DNA of 64,000 nt from Pirellulales bacterium. GTDB lineage: Bacteria > Planctomycetota > Planctomycetia > Pirellulales > PALSA-1355. The notes beneath the pieces were generated by a model. The model was not told the origin of the DNA, did no database searches, and saw nothing but the letters and a program-made list of their open reading frames with translations. The first letter of the stretch is position 1, and every line of letters begins with the position of its first letter. The position numbers were made by a program, and so were the translations under genes. Below are positions 31,060-41,726 of the stretch, piece after piece. The DNA is taken from positions 416,001 to 480,000 of the forward strand of contig CAVTBU010000005.1 of assembly GCA_963733035.1 (NCBI GenBank), given 5' to 3'.

Positions 31060-32574
31060 TTACTTGCCCGGACTCGGGCGCTCGTCGGCAACTTTGATTT
31101 GCGTCAAGCCGTGGGGCACCTTGCGTGCCTGGGCGATTCGTCCATGTAATTGTTTTTTAAGTGCGGCGATTGTTCCGGCTTGTTCCGGCTTGTTGGCCAG
31201 ATTAACCATCTCCGCCGGATCGCTGATGTGGTCGTAAAGTTCCGCGCCACGCTGGCCATGATCACCCCACTCGGTGTAGCGGTAGCGGTCGGTGCGCATT
31301 GTGTAGCCGTCGTGCTCTTGCGTCAAAGCCGACTGGCGCGGCGCCGAGTCCTTGTCGGTGACGGCACTCGCTTGGCTTACGCCCGAGATATTGTCCGGCA
31401 CCGGCAGGCCGCACAGTTCCGATAGCGTCGGATAGTAATCGACCATCTCCACCAGCGAGGGTGTGCTTTGACCGGCGTTTTTCATTCCTGGCACCGAAAT
31501 AATCAGCGGCACGTGTGTGGCGTTTTCGAACAGGGTCATCTTCTGAAAATGCCCGTGCTCGCCCATATGGTAGCCGTGATCGGAGGTCATCAGCACGATC
31601 GTATTGTCGGCCAGTCCCACACGTTCGAGGGCGTCGAGCACGCGGCCGACCTGAGCGTCCATGAACGAGATCGACGCGTAATAGGCCTGCATCGCCTCGC
31701 GCTTGGTCGTCTCGGGTAGATTGATGTTCACCTTCTTGGCCCCCAGCGTCGCCACGGCCGGCGCGGGAAGCGTTTCAAGATAGCCATCGGGCACGGTGGG
31801 CACGACGATCTTCTCCCGCGGGTACATGGCAAAGTACTTCTTCGGCGAAACGTATGGCGTGTGTGGGCGGTAGAAGCCCACGCCCAGGAAAAAAGGCTTC
31901 TTGTTGGCGGCAAATTCCTCGAGTAGCTTGACGGCCATGGTCGCTCCGATGCCGTCGGTTTGCTCCTCGTCGGTACCGTCGGCCGCCATCCAACTCAGCG
32001 TGCCGCCATATTGCCCCGGCACAAGCGTGAACACTTGCGATTCTTCGTCCTTGTCGCGGCCACGCGGGTTAAACCGCTTGTCCCAGGAAGCCGGGTCGTC
32101 ATGGCCGTCGGTACCAATCGCGCGCGGAACACCATAGTGATAGAGCTTGCCGATTCGCATCGGCGTATAGCCGTGATTGCGGAAGTGCTCTGGCATCGTC
32201 ACCACGTTGGGCACGCGGTCGCGGACCAGGACGGCGTTGCGATGAATGAGCGTCTGGTCCGGGTACAGTCCGCACAAAAACAACGCGCGGCTCGGGCCAC
32301 ACAGCGGGTATTGGCAATAGGCCCGCTCGAACCGCATTCCCCGACCGGCCAGACGATCGATGTTCGGCGACTTCACCAGCGGATGGCCATAGCAGCCTAG
32401 ATCGCAGTTCAGGTCATCCGCGATGAGAAACAACACGTTGTATTTGCCATTCTGCGGTGCCGCGGCGGCGATGCCAGTCAGGCAGGAAATGGCGACAAGC
32501 AAAGCCAGCAAGCAGACTCCAAACCGGAGTCGGGCTGGACGACGGTCGTAGGATTCAGCGAAAACAGGGTTCAT
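31060..32574 (-). CDS. Sulfatase (iduronate-2-sulfatase-like)
   Basis: IADDLN, CGPSR, GKLYH, GFYRPHTP, SDHGYHMGEH. Confidence 0.93.
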   Translation of the reverse strand: MNPVFAESYDRRPARLRFGVCLLALLVAISCLTGIAAAAPQNGKYNVLFLIADDLNCDLGCYGHPLVKSPNIDRLAGRGMRFERAYCQYPLCGPSRALFLCGLYPDQTLIHRNAVLVRDRVPNVVTMPEHFRNHGYTPMRIGKLYHYGVPRAIGTDGHDDPASWDKRFNPRGRDKDEESQVFTLVPGQYGGTLSWMAADGTDEEQTDGIGATMAVKLLEEFAANKKPFFLGVGFYRPHTPYVSPKKYFAMYPREKIVVPTVPDGYLETLPAPAVATLGAKKVNINLPETTKREAMQAYYASISFMDAQVGRVLDALERVGLADNTIVLMTSDHGYHMGEHGHFQKMTLFENATHVPLIISVPGMKNAGQSTPSLVEMVDYYPTLSELCGLPVPDNISGVSQASAVTDKDSAPRQSALTQEHDGYTMRTDRYRYTEWGDHGQRGAELYDHISDPAEMVNLANKPEQAGTIAALKKQLHGRIAQARKVPHGLTQIKVADERPSPGK

Positions 32575-32837
32575 CTTGGAGTCTCGTGGCAAGTGTGCGG
32601 GTTGGAAGCGGGCGAATTGCTTCCAGGATGCACTCTCAGCGTGGCGACCGCAAGTTTTCTCTGGAATGAAATTGTGATCGGTAACCATCTCGTTGGGTTT
32701 GCCTTGTAAAACCCACCCTCACCGATACATTGAGGGCGCTGCTTGGCGCGGAAGCTATGCTTTGGGCACTGCGGTGCCTCGGCTTCGTAGTGCCTGGCGC
32801 GGGACCAAATTGTCTCTGTCCTAGGAGTAGGCCCCCG

Positions 32838-34985
32838 ATGAGCTATCGTCTTGTTGTTGCCGGATTGGGCGTATTAACCGTGAGTCTTTTTTCCTCGTAC
32901 GCTTTCGCCGCGGACGCCAACAGCAAAGGCTTCACCTACCCCAACGCTCCCACGGCAAACGTCGTCGACGAGTACCACGGCACGAAAGTCCCCGATCCGT
33001 TTCGCCCCCTGGAAGACCCCGACGCCGAGGTGACACGCCGGTGGGTCGAAGCCGAAAACAAGATCACGTTCGGATTCCTGGAAAAAGTTCCGCAGCGTGA
33101 GGCCCTCAAGGCGCGGTTGACCAAGCTTTGGGATTTTGAAAAGTTCTCCGTTCCTTTCGAGGAGGGTAGGCGTTACTTTTACCTCCGCAACAGCGGGCTG
33201 CAGAATCAGAGTGTGCTGTACACGACCGAATCACTCGATGGCCAGCCGCGCGAGTTGCTCGATCCGAACACCCTTTCGAAAGACGGCACGGTTGCGCTTG
33301 CCGGACTTTCGGTGAGCGACGACGGTTCAAAGCTGGCATATGCCTTGGCCGACGCCGGGTCTGACTGGATCACCTGGCACGTGCGCAACGTGGCGACCGG
33401 CAAGGATACCGACGACCTGGTTCGCTGGAGTAAGTTCTCGGGAGCTTCGTGGACCAAGGACGGAAGCGGTTTCTTCTACGGACGATATCCCGAACCTAAA
33501 GAGGGCCAGGACCTGCGGGCCACGAACTACTTTCAAAAGCTTTATTTTCACAAGCTGGGGACGCCGCAGTCGGAAGACCAGTTGATCTACGATTCGCCAG
33601 AGCACAGGGAATGGCTCTTCAGCAGCACGGTGTCCGACGATGGCAAGTACTTGGTGATCGTGATCACGAAGAGCACCGACGACGTGAATATGGTGCTCTA
33701 CAAGGATCTACAGGACCCCAACGCCAAAATCGTCACCTTGATCGACAATTTCGAAGCCGGCTACCAATTCATCGACAACGACGGATCGCTTTTCTATTTC
33801 CTCACGAATGGCGCGGCGCCGCGCGGCCGCGTGATCGCAATCGACATCACGAAGGCAGACGAAGCGAACTGGAAAGAAGTCATCCCCGAGGCTGAGGACG
33901 TGCTGGGGAGCATCGACCTGGTTGGCAACCGACTGTTGGCGAATTACCTGAAAGACGCCCACACACAGGTCAAAGTGTTCGACCTCAACGGGGAATACCA
34001 AGGCGAGGTGAAGCTGCCCGGTTTGGGCACAGCCAGTGGATTTTCCGGCAAGCGTAGTGACGAGCAGACGTTCTACAGTTTCGCCTCGTTTACCACGCCG
34101 CCGACGATCTACCGCTACGACGTCGCCAGCGGCAAGAGCCAAGTCTACAAGGCGCCAAAAGTTGACTTCGACCCGAGCGACTATACGACCGAGCAGGTCT
34201 TTTATACCAGCCATGACGGCACGCGGGTGCCGATGTTCATCAGCTACAAAAAGGGACTGAAAAAAGACGGCGCCGCGCCGACCTATCTCTATGGCTATGG
34301 CGGGTTCAACATTTCGCTCACGCCTTCGTTCAGCGTATCGAACCTGGTGTGGATGGAGATGGGAGGTATCTTTGCCATGCCGAACCTGCGGGGCGGCGGA
34401 GAATATGGCGAAGATTGGCACAAGGCCGGCACGAAGCAACAAAAGCAAAACGTGTTTGACGACTTCATTGCCGCGGCCGAGTGGCTCATTAAGAACAACT
34501 ACACGCGCAGCTCAAAGCTGGCGATCGGCGGAGGCTCGAACGGCGGCCTGTTGGTCGGGGCTTGTCTCACGCAACGCCCGGATCTCTACGGTGCGGCCTT
34601 GCCGGCCGTGGGCGTGTTGGACATGCTCCGGTTTCACAAGTTCACGATCGGACACGCCTGGGTCGACGACTACGGCTCGTCAGACAATCCCGAGGAATTT
34701 GCCGCGCTCATCAAATACTCACCCTTGCATGTCATCAAGTCGGGCACCTGCTATCCACCCACCATGATTACCACGGCCGATCACGACGACCGCGTGGTGC
34801 CCGCCCACAGCTTCAAGTTTGCCGCCACGCTGCAGCAGGCCCAGGGGTGCGACAACCCGATTCTGATTCGCATCGAAACCAAGGCCGGCCACGGTGCCGG
34901 CAAGCCCACGGCCAAAATCATCGAGGAGGCGGCCGATAAGTGGGCATTTTTGGTGAAAGTGCTGCGACTAAGTCCGATGCTCTAG
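32838..34985 (+). CDS. Prolyl oligopeptidase (S9A)
   Basis: DPFRPLEDPD, GYGGF, GGSNGG catalytic Ser, DDRV, AGHGAGK. Confidence 0.96.
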   Translation: MSYRLVVAGLGVLTVSLFSSYAFAADANSKGFTYPNAPTANVVDEYHGTKVPDPFRPLEDPDAEVTRRWVEAENKITFGFLEKVPQREALKARLTKLWDFEKFSVPFEEGRRYFYLRNSGLQNQSVLYTTESLDGQPRELLDPNTLSKDGTVALAGLSVSDDGSKLAYALADAGSDWITWHVRNVATGKDTDDLVRWSKFSGASWTKDGSGFFYGRYPEPKEGQDLRATNYFQKLYFHKLGTPQSEDQLIYDSPEHREWLFSSTVSDDGKYLVIVITKSTDDVNMVLYKDLQDPNAKIVTLIDNFEAGYQFIDNDGSLFYFLTNGAAPRGRVIAIDITKADEANWKEVIPEAEDVLGSIDLVGNRLLANYLKDAHTQVKVFDLNGEYQGEVKLPGLGTASGFSGKRSDEQTFYSFASFTTPPTIYRYDVASGKSQVYKAPKVDFDPSDYTTEQVFYTSHDGTRVPMFISYKKGLKKDGAAPTYLYGYGGFNISLTPSFSVSNLVWMEMGGIFAMPNLRGGGEYGEDWHKAGTKQQKQNVFDDFIAAAEWLIKNNYTRSSKLAIGGGSNGGLLVGACLTQRPDLYGAALPAVGVLDMLRFHKFTIGHAWVDDYGSSDNPEEFAALIKYSPLHVIKSGTCYPPTMITTADHDDRVVPAHSFKFAATLQQAQGCDNPILIRIETKAGHGAGKPTAKIIEEAADKWAFLVKVLRLSPML

Positions 34986-35195
34986 TGGCGTCTTATCGAT
35001 CCGCACGCGTCAACCGGCATGCTCGGTCGAAATTTGGCAATTTCCGCCTGGACGGGTACATTGGCGGTGGTTTAGAGTCTTCTTGCGCATTTTGCTTGTG
35101 TGTCGGGCTTCTCCCCCCAAGAACCCGGCACCGGTTTGCGGTGCAGCGCGGTCTGATGAATACCTCTCTCCATATCCCTCCGGGAGTGATCGGTC

Positions 35196-37244
35196 ATGAA
35201 TCCTAATCAGCGGCTCGCGACGCTTGGGGAATGGTTTCGCGCATTTGGACTGTCTGTCGCCTGCCTGGTTCTGGTCATGGCCGCCTGCCCAGCGGCCGGC
35301 AATGACCAGACGGTTCCGCCAGCCCGCTTTCTGGCGGCACTCGACATCGACGGCCAGACTCACCGTATCGGCAACGGCGAAGGATACGACGCAATCGCGT
35401 TGGTTTTCATTTCGACCGAATGCCCGATTGCCAGAAGCTACGTGCCCGAACTGAATCGGATTGCGGCCAGCGTGGCAGAAGAGCCCGTGAAGCTGGTCGG
35501 CGTGCTCTCGGATCGCAGCGTTTCTCGCGCCGACGCGGTGAAGTTTCGCGACGAGTTTCAAATCGAGTTTCCGCTGTTGTTCGACGCATCGGGCGAACTA
35601 GCTCAGACACTACAGCCAACTCACGTGCCCGAAGCGATCGTGCTCGACGCAGACGCCCGCGTGATCTATCGGGGCCGCATTGATGATCGGTATCCCGAAA
35701 TCGGCAAGAAGCGTCCCGCGCCGACCACGCACGACCTGTCCGATGCCCTGCATGCAGCCGCGACCGGCAAACCGATTGCAATCGCGGAAACCACGCCCGT
35801 GGGATGTCCGGTCGAACCGCCGCGGACGCCGAGCGACACGGCCGTCACATACAATCGCGATATCGCGCCGATTCTGATCGCTCACTGCGTCGAATGTCAC
35901 CGGCCGGGCGAAGTTGCGCCGTTCTCGCTGCTGACCTATGAAGACGCTGCCAAGCGGGCCACGTTTCTGGCCGAGATTACCTCCACGCGCGCGATGCCTC
36001 CTTGGAAAGCTGAAATCGGACACGGCCGATTCCTGGGTGAGCGGCGCCTCACCGATCAGCAAATTTCGCTGCTCGATCGTTGGGCCAAGTCCGGCGTCGC
36101 CGAGGGAGATGCCGCCGATAAGCCACCGCTGCCAAATTTCCCCAGCGGCTGGCGGTTGGGCAAACCCGACCTGGAACTCACGGCTCCCGATTCGATCACC
36201 GTCCCCGCCGGAGGTGAAGACGTCTTCCAGCACTGGATCATTCCGCTCGACCTGCCGGAAGACAAGACCGTCGTGGGATTCGAGTTTCGCCCCGGCAATC
36301 CGGCCGTGGTGCACCATTCAATTTTGTTTCTCGACAGCTCGGGTATGGGACGCCAGAAGGACGCCGAGACTCCCGAACCGGGGTACACCACGTTTGGTTC
36401 GATCGGAATTCCCACCGCGGGCATCATCGGCGTGTGGACCCCGGGTATGACCCCGCGGTTTTTCCCTAACGGATCGGGCATGGTTGTGCGCAAAGGCACG
36501 GACCTGGTGCTGCAGCTTCACATGCACCCGTCTGGCAAGGAAGAAACCGACCGTTCGTCGGTGGCGTTGTACTTTGCCGACAAGCCGGTGGAACGCACGC
36601 TGTCGCGCTCGCCGTTCGTTGTTGGCTCGATTCTGATCGACATTGCGGCTGGCGATGCTAACCACACAGTGCATTCATCGGTCACGGTGCCAACCGACAT
36701 CACGCTCATCTCGATCTTGCCCCACATGCACCTGATTGGCAAAGACATGAAGCTCACGGCGACGTTGCCAGACGGCCGCGAGGAATCTCTGATTTGGATA
36801 AAGGACTGGAACTTCTACTGGCAAGACAATTATGTCTACCACGAGCCGCTCAAGTTGCCGGCCGGCACGAAGCTCGACATCGTTTGCCACTACGACAACT
36901 CCGCCGACAATCCACTAAATCCTAAAAGTCCGCCCGAACGGGTCTTCTTCGGTAATGGCAGCAGCGATGAAATGTGCTTTGGCATTTTTCAGCTCATCGT
37001 TGACAACCCGCGCGACGAGCCCAAGTTGCAGGGAGCACTGATCAAGACGCTGGCGCAGGACTGGCGTGAATCCAACCTCGATGACGTGGCCCGCGCCCAC
37101 ATCATGGAGGAAGCGGCGAAGCTCTTCGGCGGAGGCCGACGCAGGTTTGGACAACCCCCGAGTGCAGGTCCTCGCTCCGAGCGGCCTGCGATCGACGTCG
37201 ACGACGCGGCCACTGAGTCCAAGACGTCACTGCCCACGAACTAG
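35196..37244 (+). CDS. Redoxin + cytochrome c + copper type II monooxygenase-like fusion protein
   Basis: TECP thioredoxin-like fold, YRGRIDD; CVECH heme c; VVHH, LHMH, PHMH and DEMC copper-ligand-like motifs. Confidence 0.8.
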   Translation: MNPNQRLATLGEWFRAFGLSVACLVLVMAACPAAGNDQTVPPARFLAALDIDGQTHRIGNGEGYDAIALVFISTECPIARSYVPELNRIAASVAEEPVKLVGVLSDRSVSRADAVKFRDEFQIEFPLLFDASGELAQTLQPTHVPEAIVLDADARVIYRGRIDDRYPEIGKKRPAPTTHDLSDALHAAATGKPIAIAETTPVGCPVEPPRTPSDTAVTYNRDIAPILIAHCVECHRPGEVAPFSLLTYEDAAKRATFLAEITSTRAMPPWKAEIGHGRFLGERRLTDQQISLLDRWAKSGVAEGDAADKPPLPNFPSGWRLGKPDLELTAPDSITVPAGGEDVFQHWIIPLDLPEDKTVVGFEFRPGNPAVVHHSILFLDSSGMGRQKDAETPEPGYTTFGSIGIPTAGIIGVWTPGMTPRFFPNGSGMVVRKGTDLVLQLHMHPSGKEETDRSSVALYFADKPVERTLSRSPFVVGSILIDIAAGDANHTVHSSVTVPTDITLISILPHMHLIGKDMKLTATLPDGREESLIWIKDWNFYWQDNYVYHEPLKLPAGTKLDIVCHYDNSADNPLNPKSPPERVFFGNGSSDEMCFGIFQLIVDNPRDEPKLQGALIKTLAQDWRESNLDDVARAHIMEEAAKLFGGGRRRFGQPPSAGPRSERPAIDVDDAATESKTSLPTN

Positions 37245-37305
37245 GGGCTGCGGTTGCCGGTCCGCACGCGGTGTTCTCCACGAGCACACTCGGCGGCGAT
37301 GGCCC

Positions 37306-37430
37306 ATAAAAGCGGAAGTCGTCTACCTTTTCGCGTTCGACGTCGCCAGCAAAATCGCCACCGCTTGTATTGGACAGATACGCGCGGCCCAACTGTCCCA
37401 TTTCGAGCTGCATACGGATACGTTTCCAGG
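37306..37430 (+). pseudogene. Possible decayed gene fragment
   Basis: Isolated protein-like stretch KAEVVYLFAFDVASKI...FELHTDTFP with no usable start or continuation. Confidence 0.3.
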
Positions 37431-37730
37431 TGGAATCGCTCTCAGAACGGGCCGCTTGCCGATGCCACGCGGTCGGTCAAAGTTTTGCCGCTTAAGGCAC
37501 CGACGATGTGCGGCGACGGATGCAAGAACTTGTTAGATGCCACCGCGCAACGGGCACCATTGCCTGAACCGAAGGCCTACAGGACGTTTTGCTCGCCATC
37601 GACCTGTCGATGCTGTGGTTTAAGCGGTGAAGTTGCGATCTAACAGTACTCGTTGCGTTTCCGAGATTAGTTCGCTAGCTTAAATAGCCGCATTTACCTA
37701 TTCTTCGGAGATAACGAGGAACCCCACACC

Positions 37731-38595
37731 ATGCACGAGGACTTGAAGAGCTGGCTGCCCAAGATCGACTTTTCTCGACGGGAATTCGTCGTCACAAGCC
37801 TGGCCACCGGATTTGCCCTGGCAGTGCAGCCGATCTCGGCCAAAACGATCACTACCGATACCAATGGGCTCGTCGCCGGAGAAGTCAAGGTTCCCACGTC
37901 AGACGGCACGATGCCGGCCTACCGCGCCATGCCCGAGGGCGCCGGCCCGTTTCCAACCGTGCTCGTCGTGCAAGAGATTTTCGGTGTGCACGAGCACATC
38001 AAAGACCTCTGCCGCAGGTTGGCCAAGCAGGGCTACTTCGCCGTGGCGCCGGAACTGTACGCGCGTCAAGGCGACGTTTCGAAAATGACCGACATTCCCA
38101 AAATCATCAGCGAGGTGGTATCCAAAGTACCCGACGCGCAGGTAATGAGTGATCTCGATGCCACCGTGACCTGGGCCAAGAGCACGGGCAAGGCCGACGC
38201 CTCTAAGCTTGCGGTGACGGGTTTCTGCTGGGGCGGACGGATCGTGTGGCTTTATGCAGCTCACAATCCGAACCTAAAAGCGGCGGCCGCCTGGTATGGG
38301 CGACTGGTGGGTGCCGCGGATCCCCTGCATCCGAAGCATCCTGTCGAATTGGCCGGCGATCTCAAAGCTCCCGTGTTGGGGCTCTACGGCGAGGCCGACG
38401 CCGGCATTCCGCAAGACACGGTCGCGGCAGATGCGCGAGGCGGCCAAAGCGGCCGACAAAGAGGTTGAAATCATCGTCTATCCGGATGCCCCTCACGGTT
38501 TCAACGCCGACTATCGTCCGAGCTATCGCGAGCAGGCCGCCAATGATGGTTGGCAGCGAATGCTCGAATGGTTCAAGAAGCATGGCGTCGGTTGA
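37731..38595 (+). CDS. Dienelactone hydrolase family protein (frameshift at ~38426, probably a sequencing error)
   Basis: SRREF twin-Arg-like motif, [20 protein letters not shown] continues in ORF 38296..38595. Confidence 0.92.
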
Positions 38596-38631
38596 ACGCC
38601 CTGACTGGGGCCATAATTCGCCGACGAGCGA

Positions 38632-40908
38632 CTAATTCGAATCACGGACGGCCGAAGAATCCTCGCTCGTCATCGTGCCTTGAGTGAGAAACCTCAATTC
38701 GCCGCCGGCGACGTCGTAGAGTGCGCCGACGATCGCGACGCGTCCCTCGCTCACTAGATGGCGCAGCGTCTCGCTCGAGCCCAGAATCCGGCTGACCGTT
38801 TGCAGCACATTGGCACTAGCCACGTCGTTAACGATTTCGTCCTGCTCGGTAAGCGTGGCGCGCTCGAGGCGGTGGAGCGTCTGCGGTGTAACGACCGCTT
38901 GGATCTCACGCAGCACGGACTCCACATTCGGGCAACCGGTGAGCTTGCCAACCGATTCGCTCGCTGTCGCCGTGCGGACCGCAGTCGTGACGGCGCCGCA
39001 ACGAGTGTGTCCCATGACTAGAATTAACTTGGCCTTGGCAACGGCGCAACCGTATTCGAGGCTGCCAAGGACCTCGGGACTGGAGATATTGCCCGCGATG
39101 CGAACGACAAAGATGTCTCCCACGCCGAGGTCGAAGATCAACTCCGCCGGCGTGCGAGAGTCGATGCAGCTGAGCACCATGGCGAGCGGGTGCTGCTCCT
39201 CGGCCGTGGCGCTTACCTGGCGGCCGAGGTCGCGGGTCAGCCGTTGGCCGGTCCGGAAGCGGTGATGCCCCTCCTTGAGAATCGTGAGCACCTGCGCCGG
39301 TGTGAGCGACGCTTGCAATTCGCGAGTCGAGTAGTCAACGTACTGAATCCGGTCCTTGAATCGGTATTTCTCGCGGAACCCTCGGAAGCTAACTTCCACG
39401 CCCCGAGCCGGAGCGACGTGCTGCTTGAAATCGCGGATCAAGTCAAGGACGTCCGGATCAATGTAGTCTGTGTTCTGCGCGTCGAGCAGCACGTGTCCGC
39501 CACGCGGCACCTCGTTAAGCACGCGGTTCAAAACCGCGCGATTCAAGAAGCTGACCTGATTCGCCAGTTCGATGTGCAACACGTCGCCGCCAAGATGCCG
39601 CTCAACAAACCGCCTGAGCGGGCGGCGCAAGTTGCTATTTAGGATGAAGCTGATGGCCGCCGCCAAGCCAATTAAGACGCCGACCAGCAGGTCCGTGAGC
39701 ACAATGGCGGCCACAGTCAGGACGAATGGCAGAAACTGATAGCGCCCTTGACGCCACATTTGCTGAAACACGCTGGGGCTGGCCAGCTTGAAACCGGCGA
39801 CAAGCAGGATGGCCGCCAGACAGGACAGCGGTACCTTGTTCAGCAACGTGGGAAACAGCGCCACGCTTACCAGCAATAAGAAACCATGGAGGATCGTCGC
39901 CAGCTTGGATTGCGACCCGGCGTTGATATTAATCGAGCTACGAACGATGACCGAGGTAACCGGAATGCCCCCCAGCAGGCCGGCTGCCATATTGCCAACT
40001 CCTTGTGCGCAAAGCTCGCGGCTGGGAGGCGAGGTGCGTTTTCTTGGGTCGATGCGATCGGCCGCCTCCAAGCTCAACAACGATTCCAACGACGCGACCA
40101 TGGCAATCGTGAGAGCCGCGCGATAGACGGCGGGAGTGTTCCAAGCCGAAAAGTCGGGAAAACGAAAGAAGTCGAGCACGCCACCAAGCGACTCAGCGAT
40201 CGGCACTTGCACTAGGTGACTGGGGCCGATGGTCCACCTCCCGCCCATCTCTAACATCGCTTGGCTTATGCCAACACCCAATAAAACGACGACGAGTTGC
40301 GAGGGAATAATCGATTGCTTCAGTGGCTTAAAGCGGTCCCACAAGATCAACAACAAGACCGATGCTATTCCGACCACCGCTGCTCCAGGATGGATGTCGC
40401 CCAACAGATTGCCAAGTTCTGAAAACGTGGTTTCCTGGTCCGGTTGGAAGAAGGACATTTCGCCTTCCGGGTCGGCGTCATGTCCCAACAGGTGCGGAAT
40501 CTGCTTCATCACGAGGATGATGCCGATTGCCGCCAACAGACCTTTGATGACGCTGGACGGGATGAACGCTGAAACCGACCCGGCGCGGGCGATGCCAAGT
40601 GCGACTTGCATGCCGCCTGCGATGACCACAGCCAGAAGAAACGACTCGAACGAACCCAAGGCCGCGATTTGTGCGGCCGCAACCGCCATCATGCTGTTGC
40701 CCGGGCCACTAACGCTCGTTTGTGAGCCGCTCAACAAGCCCACCAGGACGCCGCCGATGATTCCTGAAAGAATACCAGAGAACAAAGGCGCACCAGATGC
40801 CAAGGCGATTCCGAGGCACAACGGCAGAGATACGACAAAGACGACAAATGCCGCCGAAAGGTCGCGATAAAGAGACCCCGAGAGACTCGCGGCTTGGTTG
40901 TTAGGCAT
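38632..40908 (-). CDS. SulP family anion transporter fused to beta-carbonic anhydrase
   Basis: LPLCLGIALASGAP, VSGP; STAS-like region; CIDSR and GHTRCG beta-CA zinc ligands. Confidence 0.95.
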   Translation of the reverse strand: MPNNQAASLSGSLYRDLSAAFVVFVVSLPLCLGIALASGAPLFSGILSGIIGGVLVGLLSGSQTSVSGPGNSMMAVAAAQIAALGSFESFLLAVVIAGGMQVALGIARAGSVSAFIPSSVIKGLLAAIGIILVMKQIPHLLGHDADPEGEMSFFQPDQETTFSELGNLLGDIHPGAAVVGIASVLLLILWDRFKPLKQSIIPSQLVVVLLGVGISQAMLEMGGRWTIGPSHLVQVPIAESLGGVLDFFRFPDFSAWNTPAVYRAALTIAMVASLESLLSLEAADRIDPRKRTSPPSRELCAQGVGNMAAGLLGGIPVTSVIVRSSININAGSQSKLATILHGFLLLVSVALFPTLLNKVPLSCLAAILLVAGFKLASPSVFQQMWRQGRYQFLPFVLTVAAIVLTDLLVGVLIGLAAAISFILNSNLRRPLRRFVERHLGGDVLHIELANQVSFLNRAVLNRVLNEVPRGGHVLLDAQNTDYIDPDVLDLIRDFKQHVAPARGVEVSFRGFREKYRFKDRIQYVDYSTRELQASLTPAQVLTILKEGHHRFRTGQRLTRDLGRQVSATAEEQHPLAMVLSCIDSRTPAELIFDLGVGDIFVVRIAGNISSPEVLGSLEYGCAVAKAKLILVMGHTRCGAVTTAVRTATASESVGKLTGCPNVESVLREIQAVVTPQTLHRLERATLTEQDEIVNDVASANVLQTVSRILGSSETLRHLVSEGRVAIVGALYDVAGGELRFLTQGTMTSEDSSAVRDSN

Positions 40909-41177
40909 AACGATTTTCCCTCAATGACTAGATGCCGTCGTTCTGCATTCGCACCGCCCCAATCGCGAGCCCTGAGATCGACCGGCACCAACGAGCATCA
41001 CAGGCATTGCGGGCTCCTCACAAGCCCCCGCCCTGGACGCCAGTGTCCTGAGAGCAACGGCAACTAAGAGCAAATCCTCGCTGGCACTGGTTGCGATCGA
41101 ACACATCATTCAAATAGCGATCTGCGCAGTACAGAACAATGCGGGGATCGCAAGAAGTCCGTGTCAGAAGGTGCAGC

Positions 41178-41549
41178 CTAACACTGCATCGGGGCGCACA
41201 GCCCATTTGGCAAGCGATGCCCATCGGCGCGAGTGGTCGCAACACCTCGCGCTGCGGGGTTGCCGACTGAGCCGCGCGCTCGGCCCAGACAGCGTACTGC
41301 CAGGTTGCTGGCCAATTCATTGCGCGAAGAAGGGATTTGGCCTTCCAACGGATTGGCCAATTCGAGTTCAAGGGCAAGCGATTCGCAGGCCTCGGCGCTC
41401 GATTCGAGCGGTTGCCCAGCTGCCTCCAGCATCGCCAAAACGAGCGCCGCCTTGCAGACGGCCACAACTGCCGTCAGTCCCAAGCGCTTCAGGCGGACGC
41501 GCGATAACGACCGACGGGTTGCAGTTCTGGTACGGGAAGATACTCGCAT
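41178..41549 (-). CDS. Hypothetical small protein upstream of SulP-CA
   Basis: Basic N-terminus, one hydrophobic segment, acidic linker, C-terminal GHRLPNGLCAPMQC; start uncertain. Confidence 0.5.
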   Translation of the reverse strand: MRVSSRTRTATRRSLSRVRLKRLGLTAVVAVCKAALVLAMLEAAGQPLESSAEACESLALELELANPLEGQIPSSRNELASNLAVRCLGRARGSVGNPAARGVATTRADGHRLPNGLCAPMQC

Positions 41550-41726
41550 TGGAAGCCCTTTCGGCTGCCCTGCATCTCGTTTTCGCATACCATAAAAGCT
41601 ATGGGCCGACCGGAACCGAGTCAAGCTGAGTTCCACGGGTTTCACCCAAGTCGGAGGCCTGATGTCGCGGGCATTCCGGATTCCCAATTTGGCCGGTTCC
41701 GTTTCCATGACCGACATAAGCGGCGG

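Noticed and set aside
35126..35140. sigma54-like CGGCAC...TTGC upstream of the redoxin fusion (also TGGCACTGGTTGC near 41082)
   Set aside because: GG-to-GC spacing is 9 and 8 nt, not the required 10
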